Shown here piece by piece: positions 1 through 15,100 of a stretch of 64,000 nt of DNA; position 1 is the stretch's first letter; the number at the start of each line of letters is the position of its first letter. Below the pieces are notes generated by a model that saw only the letters and a list, made by a program, of their open reading frames with translations, made no database searches and was not told where the DNA came from. The DNA lies in contig JBDRKX010000047.1 of the NCBI GenBank assembly GCA_043813605.1, positions 64,001 through 128,000 of the forward strand, given 5' to 3'. The translations under genes and the position numbers were made by a program. The DNA comes from Elusimicrobiota bacterium (GTDB lineage Bacteria > CG03 > SLGR01 > JBDRKX01).

Positions 1-110
1 ATATACCCATACCTATTAACAGGTTACCCTCAGCTATATCTTCGACCATCATGGTTTTCCCCGCGCCGGACAGGCCCCCGAGCAGTACAAGGCTGCCGTC
101 AGGCATATCA
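1..110 (-). other. Start of a P-loop NTPase/kinase domain within gene A
   Basis: LVLLGGLSGAGKTMMVE, a Walker A motif at about 50-95; truncated by the window edge. Confidence 0.7.
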
Positions 111-3100
111 TCCGTAAGCCGCTTGAGTAAACCATCTTCATACGATATCTTTTGCGGTATTTTTGCAGCAGGTTTTACTTCTTCAGCTTCAGCAGTTTTT
201 TCTGGAACTGCAGGATATTCTTTCCCTTCAGGCGTTCCCATAGTAACAAGTACTTTATGCCGTTTCCCGTCATTGACGAGGAGAATACCTTCTGCCGTTT
301 CTATCCAGACTCCGTCCATTTCAATTTTTCCGATACCGGAGGAAACTACATCAGGATTTATCACTTCGATTTCATAGACAGATTTACCATATCTTTTTAA
401 AACCTTAAACCCTTTTGCTCCCCACTCTTCGGGAAGCACCGGATCGATAAACAGCCTGCTGCCGTCCCTGAATTTTAATCCCAGCATACTTTCCACCATT
501 ATCCTGAAGATCCAGCCGGCAGATCCCGTATACCCTGTCCATCCCGCCACGCCCTCGGGACTTATATCAGCAGCGGCGACATACGGCTCGCCCCTATAGT
601 TTCTGTCCTTTGCATGTTCCGCAGGATTCAGAACCCTGTATACTTTCCATAATAGATCAGCGTATTTCCTTTGATCCTTGGAGCCGGTATCCTGACGCGC
701 GATTATTGAAAGGGCCTGCACCATCCATACTATACCATGGGTATATTGCCCGCCGTTTTCCCTGTCGCCGGGGTAATATTTTCCAAGATGCCCTTCCGGA
801 AAATCTTCATTTCCGTTCACAGGTCTATCAAAAAGCCTTATGATATTTAGATTTTCATCATATAGTTCATCAAGCGCTGTCATAAATGCTTTTTTGGCAA
901 GCTTTTCACCGACCGCACCGGATATTACGGACCAGGCTTGAGGTAAAGCAAATAGTTTTCTTATCCCGATACCCTTATCAGTAAAAGCCCTGATAAACCA
1001 TCTCTTTCTCAGTCCTTTTTTAGCCAGTGCATATTTTTCTATATTTTTCGAGAGTTCACTAGCTCTTGATTTATATTCTCCGGCAGTTTCACTATCGCCT
1101 TTCTTTTCTGCCAGCGCGGCAAAATCCATCAGGGTCTTATACAGAAAAAATGCAAGCCAGACACTTTCTCCTTTGCCTTTGATTCCTACTGCATCCAGCC
1201 CGTCGTTCCAGTCACCGGATCCTATCAAAGGAAGTCCGTGTTCCCCCATCCTTTTATTGATGACAAAGTCAATGGACTTTTTCGCGTGTCCATACACTGA
1301 AGCCGTCTGCTCTGGATCATCCGAAGAAATAAATTGCGTGACATAGTCTTTTTCATCCGCATTAAGAAGCCTGCCGCTCAGATACGGTATTTTCTCATCA
1401 AGGATATCCATATCACCCGTTACATCGACATAGTGCGCCAGGCCGTATGACAGCCACAGAAGATTATCCGATATACGTGTTCTTATTCCCAGGCTGACTT
1501 CCTTGCCATTTTCATTTATTCCGTAATCATGCCACCAGTGAAGGACATCTCCTTCAGGGAACTGCCTGGCCGCACACTTTATAAGATGTTCACGGGCCCT
1601 CTTGATATCTTCAGGAGTATTTGATGAAGCCAATGTCAGCACTGTCTGCAACTGATCCCTGAAACCAAAGGCACCTCCGGGCTGATAGAAACCGGTCTTT
1701 CCGAGATAATGCCATACAACTGCCTGATAACGCATCCAATCTATCATCTTATTGAAGTTTTTATCAGGTGTTTCAACAACAAGATCATTCAGATAAGAAT
1801 TCCAATTTCTCTGCCCTTTATTAAAAGTCTCACTAATACTGGAAGGATCACTGTATTTTTTCATCAGTTCAGCAGCTCCGACTCCTGCTGCATCGTTTTC
1901 CGTCATGCCAAGTATATAAGTTACCCTGGACTTATACTCATTTTTTTCATTAAGGTTAAGCCTCACTGTTATCCCGGAAAACGGATCTGCCGCTGTCCTG
2001 AACACATCATTTCCCGCTGTAATAACAGAAGCGTCTTCCGCTATTACATTATGAAATGCTATCGAGTCAGGAACCAGCGCATCGGGATTGCGCGCCAATA
2101 TTGTATCGTGTCTAACCTCAGTTTTCGTGTTATCTACGGCATTATTATAATCCCTGCTTAATGCCCACTTAAGAAAACTGCCTATCTCTATCTCTTTACT
2201 GCCCTCAGTTTTATCACCAAGATATTCGATATCGATATCCCAGAATTCGACAGGCTCATTGTCGCCGGAGACGAACATCGTCATAGAGATCTTCCAGGTG
2301 TCTTTCTTATCATATATGTATTTGATATATCCCTGGCCTATTTCAACCTTATATACATTTTGATCCCTGTCTGGCTTAGGATTTGCAGCTATTGACCATT
2401 CCCGGCCGGTCTGGATGTCTTTTACAAGAACGCCTCTCAGAGGTTCTTCTGTAACTATATCCGGTTCGGCCGCAGTTACTCTCTTCTGCTGGGCATTACC
2501 ATTAAAACTGAACACCGACCCTGCGGCGGTAGCGGCAAAACCGTATCCCGATTCATTGGCCACCACCTGGGTATAGGGTTTACCCGTTGCAAAAGGATCT
2601 TCTAATGTATAGGCGCGGCCGTCTTCTGAAAATATTCCGGCGGCTTTCTTTTCTTCCTTCGGTTCAGGGATTTCTCTTTTCATCCTCCATTGACGCCGGG
2701 CATGGGATGCGAACCAATCCATATATTTTTTCAAGCGCACTTCCCGGAGAACTGCTTTATGAGTTTTTTCGCCTGCCGCCTGTTCCTGCTCTTTCAGATA
2801 ATTATCATCCCTGTATTTGCCCAGCAGGCTTTTTACTTCCTTTCCATTTGAAGCCCTTCCGATCATAAATGTCATGCTTTTTTCACTGCCAGCCTTCAGT
2901 CTCATTTTCTTTGACAGGGCGCCGGCAGGATCCCTGACATAACTGGTCCCGGATATCAGTCCTTTTATCATTGCTATGGGTGATGACAGATTTCTAAGGC
3001 GCCCTATGAAGTTCATCCTGCTTTCAGCATGGCTGTCAACTTGCCCGTCTCCGCCTATAGCGAAGAAGCCGAAAGGCTGCTGGTCCTGAGCATCTCCTGT

Positions 3101-6100
3101 AACCCTGCGGCGGGCGGTTATTACTTTCAGCTCTTTATCGTAAGAAGCCCCTAACGTGAGTTTTCTGAATATAGTCGCATCCTTCCAGGCTACCATATGA
3201 TCCATAATCCATTCAAGGTAACCGATAATATCCAGTTCCCGGTCAGTACCTGTATTGTTTATAAGCTGCACTTCCCATACCTCAACCGGATCATTCTTCG
3301 ATACAAACCCGCTAACCTCAACTTTTATCTCACCTTCAGGAAGTTCCAGAGTACCTGTAATAATTATCTTTCCGTCCTGTACTTTCGTATCTAACGGCTT
3401 CAGCCCGACCGGAAGCATCTCACCGGTAGCCACGTCTTTTATGTAAAATATGCGGTTGTAATAAAGAGCTTCTTCTCCGAGCCAACTCGAACCGCCGCCT
3501 TCAGATGGAGCATGGATCGTATAACCGTGATGTCCTTCAAGAGCATCAGGCAGTTCAACTCCTACCTGCTCCTGCCTGTACTGGTATTGATAGTCATAGG
3601 CATTAGCTATATCGCTTTCAACCTTTTCTTCTTCTACCGCGTATTCGGATTGAGGCGTATTTAAAATCCGTTCAACGATACCGATTCGGGAGACAGCTGA
3701 TAAGAGTGCTTTTTCTGTCTTTTCATCCAAACCTGCTCCTTCTATATCTTTTTTACTCCCTGTCACTATATAATACGGTTTCTCCTCCCGGATCAATCCT
3801 TTATCAATAAGGGCCGGTATACCTTCCAGTTCATCTTCAAATACAGCTCCCCTGTTAAAAGGATTGGTATGGAATAACTCCTGCAGATACCCGCCGCTCA
3901 GCAGATTGAATATTGAAATAGCTCCCATACCTGCGGAATGGTGCGCATATATTCTGGGCGTTATTATTTTTGTTCCATCTTCTTTAAATTCAACCGACTC
4001 ATAATATCCTACAGGTGTCTTCAATCCCATCTTTTCATATTTTCTTAAAGCCTTAAGGGATTCTTCCGAAGCCCACGGAGCCTCCATCTGGGCCGCATAC
4101 GGAGAATATACTTTACGATTGATAACTTTACCGTCAATGTTCTGCGCGTTACCGGCGACACCTATCGGACCGTAACCGACCCAATCCCCATTATCCTTCG
4201 GATCATAGGCTGTCTCGGATTGTCCAAAAACACCTTTCATGGAGGCCGCAAGTTGTCTCCGGGTTGTTACAGAATGGACTTTGCTCAGCATTTCGGAATC
4301 ATCTTCCCGCATAATGATCCCGGGAAGCTTGACTTCAAATGATGAGCCGTGCCACGGCAGAGCAGGGACACCGGCTCCTTCCTCATTGGTACCCTTGAGA
4401 AATCTCTTCAAGTGTTTCCAGTGATGCTCCGGCAGCTGGCCTTCCATGATTCCAAGCATACTCGCTATCCTGTTTTCACTTAAAAGAAGGTCATAATAAC
4501 CGTCACTGCCATGAAGGCCACTTTCAAAACCTTCAGTTTTCCTGATGTCAGCGTGCTGCCCGACGAAATGAAGGAGTCCGTTTTCTTCATTATAAAGCCT
4601 GTCGAACCGCATATCCCTGACTATTTTCAATATCCGCGCCTGGAGTTCGGGATCGGATATACTGCCTTCCGCCATTAACATAAATGCCGCGAAATTACCG
4701 TTATCGACCGTAGATATGGCCGCTACAAAATCATCGGGATGGATGATCTTTTTCTGTTTATTATTTCCATTCTTATACCAGCTATCCTCGTATACATATA
4801 AATATCGCGTATTGTACCAGTTATATAGATGTCCCTGGTATTTGGGCAGTTTCTCAATAACGGCAACGGTGTTCCGCAGCCTTTTCAGGGCTTCTTCTTC
4901 TGTTATACTGCCGCTCTTCCATTCCATGACAGCAGTTAAAATATTTAATCCGATATTTGTAGGAGATGTCCTATGGTCTATTTTACTTCTGGCTTTCATA
5001 ATCACATTGATTTTATTTTCCGCCCAGTTTCTTGTCACAGGCAGCTTTGTAATAAAACTCAGTATCCGGATTTTAAGTTTATCACTGCCGGATAAGTTTA
5101 AGATAACATTATCCGGCGTCAGGAAATCGACGCAGGTCTCGTTAAGAGACCCTGTTTCAGGATCTACTTCACTTATGCCGGTCTTCGGATCGATCTCGGC
5201 AGGCAGTTTTTTAATATCTTCAAAAGTTGCATTGGCAAAAAGGTTATGATACCTGAAAGCCTCATTTAGTATTTCCTGATATGATCTGCGGCCGGCACGG
5301 CTCAACTCCGGTATTTTTCTCCCGGCTTTCTCAGGCAAAGACGGGATCGCAGTAACTGAGGCAGGTTCTTTTTCAGAAATTATGACTGTTTCAGGTATCT
5401 TAAATTCCTTCCCATCTCTTGTCCTGAATTTGGCCTGATTTATTATTCTAACAGCGCTCTCCGGGCCGCCGCCGATTGTTATCGGCGCATCATCTTCATC
5501 ACCTACGGATATTGCTCCCTCCAGGTTCAATATACGCCCGTCATTTCCAAACCCGTTTAAATATTTATCTGCTATGATTAAAATATTCTTATCACGGAGA
5601 TCAGACAGATTATTTCTTTTCTCAACTGCTGCTTTAAAAACTTTAAAAGCTTCCAGTTTATCTGAAGTACAAATGTCCAGATTCTGATCTTGTGAAATAT
5701 ATATTTTTAAATCGTTTATCCCTTCAAGCTCTAACTCATAACTCATTACATCTAAAGTCAATTTGTTGACGATACTTCTAAACTCCGTTAGAGTTAAGCC
5801 GGTTCCCCGTTCTAAATATTCTTTAATTTTGATGTTACCTTTCAGGCTGAAAGGAACTTTGGTTTTATCTATGATTTGCTGTATTCTATTAACCTCATCT
5901 ATACTAACTGTATCAATAAAGCCTCCAATCAAACTTATATTATATTTATTCCCTTCTTCTTCTTCTGCAGTTAACTCATACTTCGTTATTAAATTATTTA
6001 TATACTTGACATCATTTTCTTTAAATTTTATATTTTCAACGTGACCGTTATTTTCCAGTCTTGAACCATTAGAAGTGAAAATATAAAGATTCGCCCTGTC

Positions 6101-9100
6101 TCCCGTAATATACGGCAGTATATTTTTCCTGAGTGATTTTATTCCCCTGCCTGAGGCCAGCGCCACAGGTATTCCCATATTGAGAAGAATAGAGATTACA
6201 TCTGCTATTTCTTTTGAAATCCCGGGAGTTAAAGTCAAAGTCCCATCTACATCGAAAAAAGCTCCGTGTTTGACCGCTTTTAAGGAATCCTCAAGCAGAT
6301 TTACAGCGGGTTTTTCTTTTGCCGGTTTGACGAGTTTCACGCCGAATTCTCTTTCTATATCTTCAAGCGTTATCCTGGCAGCTGCGCAGTTCGCTTCGCC
6401 TGCCCCGTAAGTTATGTGGAATATATTGTCATTTTTATTAAAAACGGCTGTCGGATAAACCTGTTTCAGATCCAATTTCAGTAAACCCTTGAACCGTTTA
6501 TATTTGGAATACCCGTAGATGCCTATAGCTTCAGCTATTTCAGTATCTTTTGAGGGATATAGCAGCGGTTTTGGCTGGCCTACAAGCTTCAGGTTTTCAT
6601 CAAAACCGGCCACCTCAGTAATATATACCCGATCGATTTCTCCGGCTTCCTTTTCATAAAACGCACGGTGAAGAAACATAAGATATTTTATTTTCCTTCC
6701 CTCAACAGGTATGAGCGGCGAGCCGCTTCCTACCCATTGGCCGTCAGGCGCATATATAACCGTATCTTTATCAAGGTTGAAACTATCCCAGAATTCAGCT
6801 CTTATTTTTTCATCAGTGATCAGATCTATCAGTTTTTCCGCGGAACCGATCTTTGTTATCTGTATGTCAGGTTTTATTCTGTGAATAAGTATAATGTTCC
6901 CGTCTTCCATCTGCTGGACTACGGCATTTTTGTGGTAATAATCATTAAATCTGCTGCTCCCTATCGGCCCCTGATACTCAAATGTCTTCAGATCTCTGCT
7001 GAGAGCTACTGCCGGCCCTAATAGCTCATCCCATCCTGTTTCGGCATTACGTTCCACTTCGACATAAGTTACACACCACCATTTTTCACCTTTTATGGTT
7101 ATTTGCGTTAGTCTCGGATTTTCAAAACTCCTGATCCTGCCACCTACAATTTCATCGTCAGCGGATATAAGCACCCTTAATGACTTTTTATCTACCTCGT
7201 ATTCAGAAGTATCGCTGTTATAGGTGACATCGCCTATCCCTATAACGGAAGAAGTATCCTCATACCACGCTCTGAACACGATTTTATCATCTTCTATGTG
7301 CGGGTTTATTACACCCAGTATTTTACCTCTGGCGCTAAATTCTGGGATGTCTTTTATATCATCTAATCCAAGTATTATCTCTTCACCGGGTTCTTTACCG
7401 TACCGTTCAGTATGGAATTTCTCTTCCATCTTCTTCAGGGTATCCTTATCCGTTACCCCGTAACGGCCATTGATAAATGCTCTTGCAATTGTCCTTATTT
7501 TTTGTAATAACCTGCTTATTGCCGGTTTCGGATAAAATGTGATCCTCTCCTCAGGCATGATTATACGCTTCACGACTTGAGGCTTTTCGGCTTCAGCCCG
7601 CTTAATATCAATGGTTTCGATCACACTTTCAAGATGCAGTGAATGTTTACTGTTTAAATCGACAAGATAATCCCTTACATTATCTATATTATCCGCGACG
7701 ACTATTCCTTTCTGCAATATGGTATAAAGAAATTCTGCTGATAAACTGTGCTCGTTTAATTCATGTTCGACCGCAGACAACAGTTTTACAGCATTTATGA
7801 TATTTTGCTCAGGATAATCTTTGAATATTCCATCGATCTTTTCATCAGTTATTCCCAATTCCTGTAATTTATAACTTACTGCATATCGTTCATCTACATC
7901 AACTTTCAATTCTCTGATAATGTCATACATCGAGACCCTTGCCGCAGCGCAGTGAATATCTCCCGCGCCATAAAAGATATGAAGGACACCGTCTTTTACA
8001 TAGCCTTCCGGAAAAGTATTCTCCAGATCAAGCATGTTTCTTGATTTAAATGCTTTATAAGCTTCGTATCCGAACAGACCGATAGTATCTGCCATTTCAT
8101 AATCTTCTTGCGGAACAATAAATGCTTTAGGCTTGCCAATTAATTGTAAATCTTTGTCAAGGCCGACAATTTCCCCTACATACCGGCGCCTTTGCTCTCC
8201 CTCTTCTTCTACTCTGAATGCCCGGTGAAGTGTAAAGAGATACTTTACATTGCCAAAATTATTTACAGGGATCAGTTGTGATCCGCCTCCCAGCCACTGT
8301 CCTTCAGGCGCTGTTAGAATTGCATCTTTGTCAGCATCAAAGCCTTTCCAGAATTTATTTCTATAATCTTCATCATGCATTAAACGATATACATCCTGAA
8401 TAGAACCTATTTTCGTTATCTGAATGGCCGGTTTCAGCCTGTGTATCAGGACTATGGTTCCGTCATCAAGCTGCTGGAGGATACCGTCTTTGTGGTCCCT
8501 CTTTGAATAATAAGGGGCGCCTGTCCCAAGCACTCCACGGTCATCAATCGTTTTTAAATCACTGCTTAGCGCTATCGCCGGGCGTACGGACCATTTACCC
8601 TCTAACTTTACCGCTTCGGTATATGTAACACACCATTTCCCGTCGATTTTAGTTAAACGCGGATCTTCACAAGAAAATGATTTAAAACCATATTTGTCTG
8701 CATCTTTTGGTGATATAAGCATCCGTATCGAGCCTTTTATTATCTCGAACTCTTTGAGTTCCTTGTTGTAATCGAGGTCAGCAGCGCCTATTGAGGATAC
8801 TCCGTTCGCATACCAGACACGGAAAACTATTTTATCGTCCAATACACCCGGATTAAATACACCGATTATTTTGCTCTTGATATCAAAATCAGGAAGCGAT
8901 TCGATATCTTTTATACTAAGTACCAGTTTTGAATATCTTTCCGTATTGAAAGATTCTTCCGATTCTTCCAGCTTCTGTCTGTCCGTTACCCCGTATTCAA
9001 TAGTTGTTTCTTCGATCATCTCAGCGACTACGGCAGGTTTTTCAATTGAAGCAACAAGATCTGCTATTATCGAACTCTGCTCGGCACCTGATATTTTTTC

Positions 9101-12100
9101 GAGCATTATTCCCGTGATATCTCTTCCTTCTAATACAAGGTAGCCCCTGTTATCACCATAGTGCTCGGCATGTCCGACATCCACATTGATTATCAGCTTA
9201 TTCTTTTCATCATAGACTCTTATCCTATCCCCGATTTCAGACAAGGGCGGCGTATGGGCAACTATCTGCTTCAGCTCCGCAATTCCAAAATAGGTTACAA
9301 TATCCCCGTTGTAATCCGCCCAGAATAAGCCGCCAGTTCCGCGTCCGCCCCGTGACTCACCCTGATTGAAAATATGATCCCTATAGCTGGCTTGCTCTAT
9401 TCCGGCCTTGAAGCGTTCATTAAATTCTTCGTTTAATTCAGATGCCGGACGGCCTTGTGATAATTCATTGACCACTCCACCGTGCGCGAATATCATGCCG
9501 CCGGCATAATACGTTGCCTGCAGCCTGTCATATGCAATATCATCAAGCATATCAGCCAGCATACCTTTAATAACAGGATGGTCAGCTAATGCCTTAAACT
9601 CCTGTTCATCCTTAACAGATTTAATTCCTATGCTTTTTACCAATCGATCACCGCCGTCAGCGAAGAAGGCAGGGGCGTAGTTATAATATCTGTTAAACAA
9701 TTCCTGTTCTGCATCAAAATTAAAGGATGCCTGCAATTCCATGTTCATCTTATGGAACGCTTGAATAAACTCCAGCTCGTGGTTGCCGAGCAGTCTTACT
9801 ACCTTTCCGCCCTTTGCTTCGGCTTTTTCCTGGAGATCCCTTATAAATTTAACCGCCTTGATACCATCCGGACCGCGGCCTATCATATCTCCCATCTGAA
9901 CCAGTACAGTATCACCGCCGATCCAGTTATCTTTATCATCTATCAGACCTGCGTCTCTAAGGTCATGCTTAAAGGCATCTAACGAACCTTCAATATCGCC
10001 GATAACGACATGCCTTCTATCAACAGCTTCATCCATCGTCGCTATACTGCGCGTGTCACCTCGGGTCCAGCCTTCCCGGGCGTTTTCTAATTGAATTCTT
10101 TTTGCTTGAACGTCTTCCCTTGTTATAGTGCCGGCGGTTTCAACCGGTTCTCTGAAATATGGTTCTGATATTTCAGGTATAAAATCCGCATATTTATCAC
10201 CTAATATCAGTCTGGTTAATGCATAATCACTGCCCAGCACTTCCCATAACTTAAGTACTGACTCCTTTGTAACTTTCTTATAATCAATAAGATCTAATTT
10301 ATTGGAAGCAAAAGGCCAGTCTCCTTCATTAAGATAAGAGACAGGCAGGATAAAAATTCCTAAATTTTCATATTCGCGGCCGCCTTTTTGAATAAATTGA
10401 TCCTCAGCTATACTTACTATTGCCGGCATACCGTAGATATCAGCAATAACAAACCTATGCATAGATCCCCCATCTCCAATAGCAGATGACTGATCAGGAT
10501 AAATCTTTCCGCCTACACGCCTATCGTCATCTATATCAACTACAACAGTAGTAAAACCTTTACCACTCAGTATTTTATTGACCTCATTGGCATACTTCTC
10601 GCAAACAGCCGGATATTCGATGGAACTTCTATAGCCCGTCAATTTTACTTCTTTCTCTGATTTTTCTTTCTGTATTGCCAGAAGGCCCATAACTTCTTTG
10701 ATTTTGGATATACGTTCAGTATTCAGACTATTGCCTGTTATCTTTTCATATATATCTATGAACTTTTCCAGATCCATATTGGAATATAAATGATACACAT
10801 AAGTTTCTTTTCTAACTATATCCTGGGCTAATCTAATTAATTCTTTCTGAATAGGTGTCTCTAATATTTTTTCATGTGCATCATCAAAGGAAAGGCCTTC
10901 TTGAAGGAGTTTCTGGAGGGTAAGTTCGCGCTCTATAAGAGCGTTAATCATTTTAATAACGGGCTTATTCCCATGCTCTCCGTATAACGCGGCAAACAAT
11001 TTCTCATGGATTACCAGCATACCTTTGCCTGTCTTGTAATCCATATCCAGCCAAGCCAGCATAAACAAGCCTTTATTTCTTATCAGCCTGTCGTCTGCTA
11101 TTACCTTTACATCAATACCTTCCGGTATACCCAATAATTCCAGAAGCTCTTTGTCAGCATTAAATTTTCTCTTTAAATCTTTTATACCGTCTTTTTCAAA
11201 GTCTTCCAGTTCCATCAGTTTTATTTCCTTTTTGGAAAGATATATATTGAGCAATATTTCAAATAGTTTATATATTGATATCCCCTGCAGCATTCCCGGC
11301 AGTTCAGGAATCTGTCTTTCAGTTATATCAACTCCAAACTGTTTCAGTACTACAAGCGCTTCACTGAAAGGCGATGCCTTTACCAGCAACTTAACCATAT
11401 CTGAAAGTGTACCTATATGCAGCATACTGATTTTTGCGATCCCGGCTGCTGTCATCTCTTTCCTGCCTTTATCTATAACATCAGATTCAACAGTCTCGGT
11501 AATCAAACCGGCGGCCGCCTGATCAAGGAATACATTGAACGAAGAATGGTTTTGAAAAGCGGTGGCCGGGACTTCGTGTGTTATCTCGCCGAGGATAGTC
11601 TTCTGAATAGCAACTGCTTTGCCTTCACCACTTGCAAGAAGCATTATTTCCCGGGAAGCGATAATATCCGCTATGCCCATGGTCAGAGCCTGCCTCGGAA
11701 CGTCTTCTTTCCTTTTAAAGAATCTGGAGTTTGCCTCTCTTGTCTCTGGATGCAGATCGGTAATATGCGTAGATATAGCCGGGTCTGTACCGGGTTCATT
11801 GAAGGCGATATGACCGTTATTCCCTATACCGAGTATCGCTATATCTATACCTCCGGCATCCTTTATTGCCTCCCTGTACCTCGATATCTCCCCATTGATA
11901 TCCGGAGCAATACCATTAAGGAAATTTATATTCTCTTTTTTTAGACCGTGGTGGTAAAGATGACTGAACAATTTTTCTTCCATGAAGAACCTGTAACTCT
12001 GGGAATGGTTTATAAGGTCTTCATAATAATTCGGGAATATATACTCATCCAGGTTAAAAGTAATAACTTTTGACCAGTCTACTTCGGCACCCTTGTTTAT

Positions 12101-15100
12101 AAGTACTTTATACATGCCCTCCGGGGTAGAACCGGTCGCGAAGCATACTGTAGCTCTTCCCTTTTCTGCTATTTTCCTATTTATTAAATTAATAAGTTTG
12201 GCGGCTGCCTTTTCACTCATTTGATCATAGTCGGCAGATAGTTGAATATTAAATCCTGCCGGAGGCTCATATTTATCCAGGAATGCAGCCATTATCATCT
12301 CAGGAGTCTCTAATTTTTCGATCTCATTGATAATCCAGCTTGCTTTAGCACCATACATATTCGTGAAAGACTGATTAAACGTATTTTTCTTGCTAAGAAG
12401 AACAGTTTCTCCTCTCTTTTCTACTTTTGTATCATCTCCTGATCGAAGAATCTCTAAATAATCGTGAGCATCCCGGATAAATCCGACAGCTGCTTCTTCT
12501 CCCATAACTTCTTTTATCCCGTTAAATATAGCTTTCATAGAAAGTGAATTATCATAAATCATCAATTTGCTTAATACTACGAGTATCTCGAAAGGAGGAT
12601 ATCTCCTGGCAAGATCTATATCAAAAACTTTTAATACTCTTTCACCATCTCTTGAAACATAACCTAGATTCTCGAATTTAACATCTATAGGAAATTCAAA
12701 GCTATAACCGTTATATATTCCGGTTTGTTTCCATGTATCCCGGTTAATTCTGCACGCTTCCAGATATGTTTTAACAGCATCGGTTAAAACCAGATACGCC
12801 TTATCTTCGCTGAGTCCTTCAAAATCTATACGTTCGGCATATTCTTCAGTACTTATTATTAGGCTGTCTGTTCCATCGGAAGAGGTTACATTGTTTCTTG
12901 AAATAGCGATTTTTACCGCATTTTCACTCCTTGGCCATATTAAGAAGGTATCACCATAAAACGGATCTTTATCGTGCAAATCATCCCTGAATAATTCTGT
13001 TCCTTTGGAACTCTGTGTTTTAAGTACAAATACATATCTCTTGTTAACAGTAACTTTGTATGCTTTTTTAAAGTTCCCTTCGCCGATATATTCGACATTT
13101 ACATCCTGTATTTTTTCCAATATGGATTCGTTGTAGAGTTTTGATACTGTATCTTCAATTATCCATGGATTACTGTTAATAATATCCATGCCCGGTTCTG
13201 ATTCTTTTTCAAGTTCCGCGTCTGCCAATATAACTTCTTTACCAACAATCGGCTTTTTACCTACCAACTTACGGAGAATCTTTTTATCCGGTATTAAGTC
13301 AAACCATGGATTTCGTTGTATAACAGCGCCTATAATAAAATGCTCTTTATTTACAATCTTGTTCCTGTAAGTGTTTCTATCGATAAAAACAGGCGTCCTG
13401 CTCTTCACTACCGACCCGGTATCGATAAGATATGCTTTAAGCTCGCCGCCTTTTATGCGGCCGATCATGATATTATTAGGATTCAGATCTGTTAAATATT
13501 TATTATCTATTAATTCATTTATCAATTGCCTTATCAATTCCAGTTCTTTTGAAGTCAGTTTATCGTATTCAGCGACGCTCGTGCCTTCGACCTTTTCGGA
13601 AACCATGTATCCCAGTTCATTATTTATACCGAACCGACCGAATGCTGAAGGTTTCTGGCTTAATCCTGAATCAGAGAGTTCCGCCATCATCTTATATTCA
13701 TGTTCCATACTGACAGTACTGGCCCTGATTATTTTGATAACCTGTTCATTATCAAACGGATGGATGAATACGGCGCCGTTCCCGCCTTCCGCGAGGAATT
13801 TTGCTTCTCTTACTTCACCGTTGATCTCTACTTTGAGTTCATTCTTCGCCTGTTCATAGACAAGTCTGAATTCTTCAGCAGGTTTTACCTTTTCTATTGC
13901 TTCATAATGCCTTAATAAAACATCGCGTCTTGCCAGGATCCCATTAATTTCCCGGTCAGTTAAATAAGCCGTAAGGGAGGTAAGTACCTCACGGTTCAAG
14001 CCTCTTAATTTCTCTATAATCTCTTCGTTAAACTCGATAACTTCTAAAGAAGGTGGAAGTAAACTTGGTCTAGTGAAACTTTCGCCATTATCAATAGCGA
14101 TCAGGTTATTTTCGGAATCGATCAATATGTTCTCCCCATGCCAATCCATAATATTTCCAAGATAATCCAGTATAAACAGTGCGTTTAACTGTTTTTTACG
14201 GTTTAGATCTTTTGTTTTTTGTGCTTCTCTGTAATACGTTCTGTCGTATTTAGTAAACAATGCCGAAAAAATACCACTCAATATACTGGAATGCGGCCGG
14301 GTATTGTCGATCCATAATTCAACTGTAACTTCTTGGAGCTCTCCGTTGATCTCTATATCTCTCAGTTCTACAGGCGGAACATTTGTAAAGCCCAGTATTC
14401 TTGATAACCTGTAGACAGCAGCAGAATACCTCGGCAGAGACCTGGCATCTATGGTATCTACTGGTTTTATCAGGACTTCATATCCGCTCTCTGTTATTGC
14501 AGTATAGTGTTGGCCAAAAGAAGCTAATCTTTTCAGTAGAGGGAATTTAGTTATATTCAATATCTTTTCATTTTTCAGAGACTTACCTATATCTTCAAAA
14601 GGTATGTTCGTTATATTTCCTATTGTTTTAGATATTACGCGCTTTTTGTCATTAATATCCGAAAAACTCCCTCTAAAATATGTTTTCCTGAAATTACGCT
14701 GAAAATGCTTTAAATACTTTTTCTGTTTTCTTATCTGGGATCTTGTCAGGCGTTTGAAAGTATCAGGATAAACAGTAAATACTTCACCAGTTGTCTTATA
14801 ATCGACAATATTCAGTAGAGACTTATGATGGAATTCTACCGAATCAAGTGTAGAAGTAAACTGAAAGGCCTTATATCCCCGTTCACTGAGATTCGCCAAC
14901 AGTGTCTCAGTAAGGAATGTACCCCGGCCTTTTATACCGTCCTTTACTGTAGCCACATATATACCGTCAGCCTTTTGACCATCAGCATCCGTTATAACCG
15001 GCTCCCACGCTCTGAATCCGGTTACATGCCCGTTATTATCTATCAGTACCATCTGGTTCATTATCCGCCAGATCCGGTTATTGTCTATGCTGATATCATT

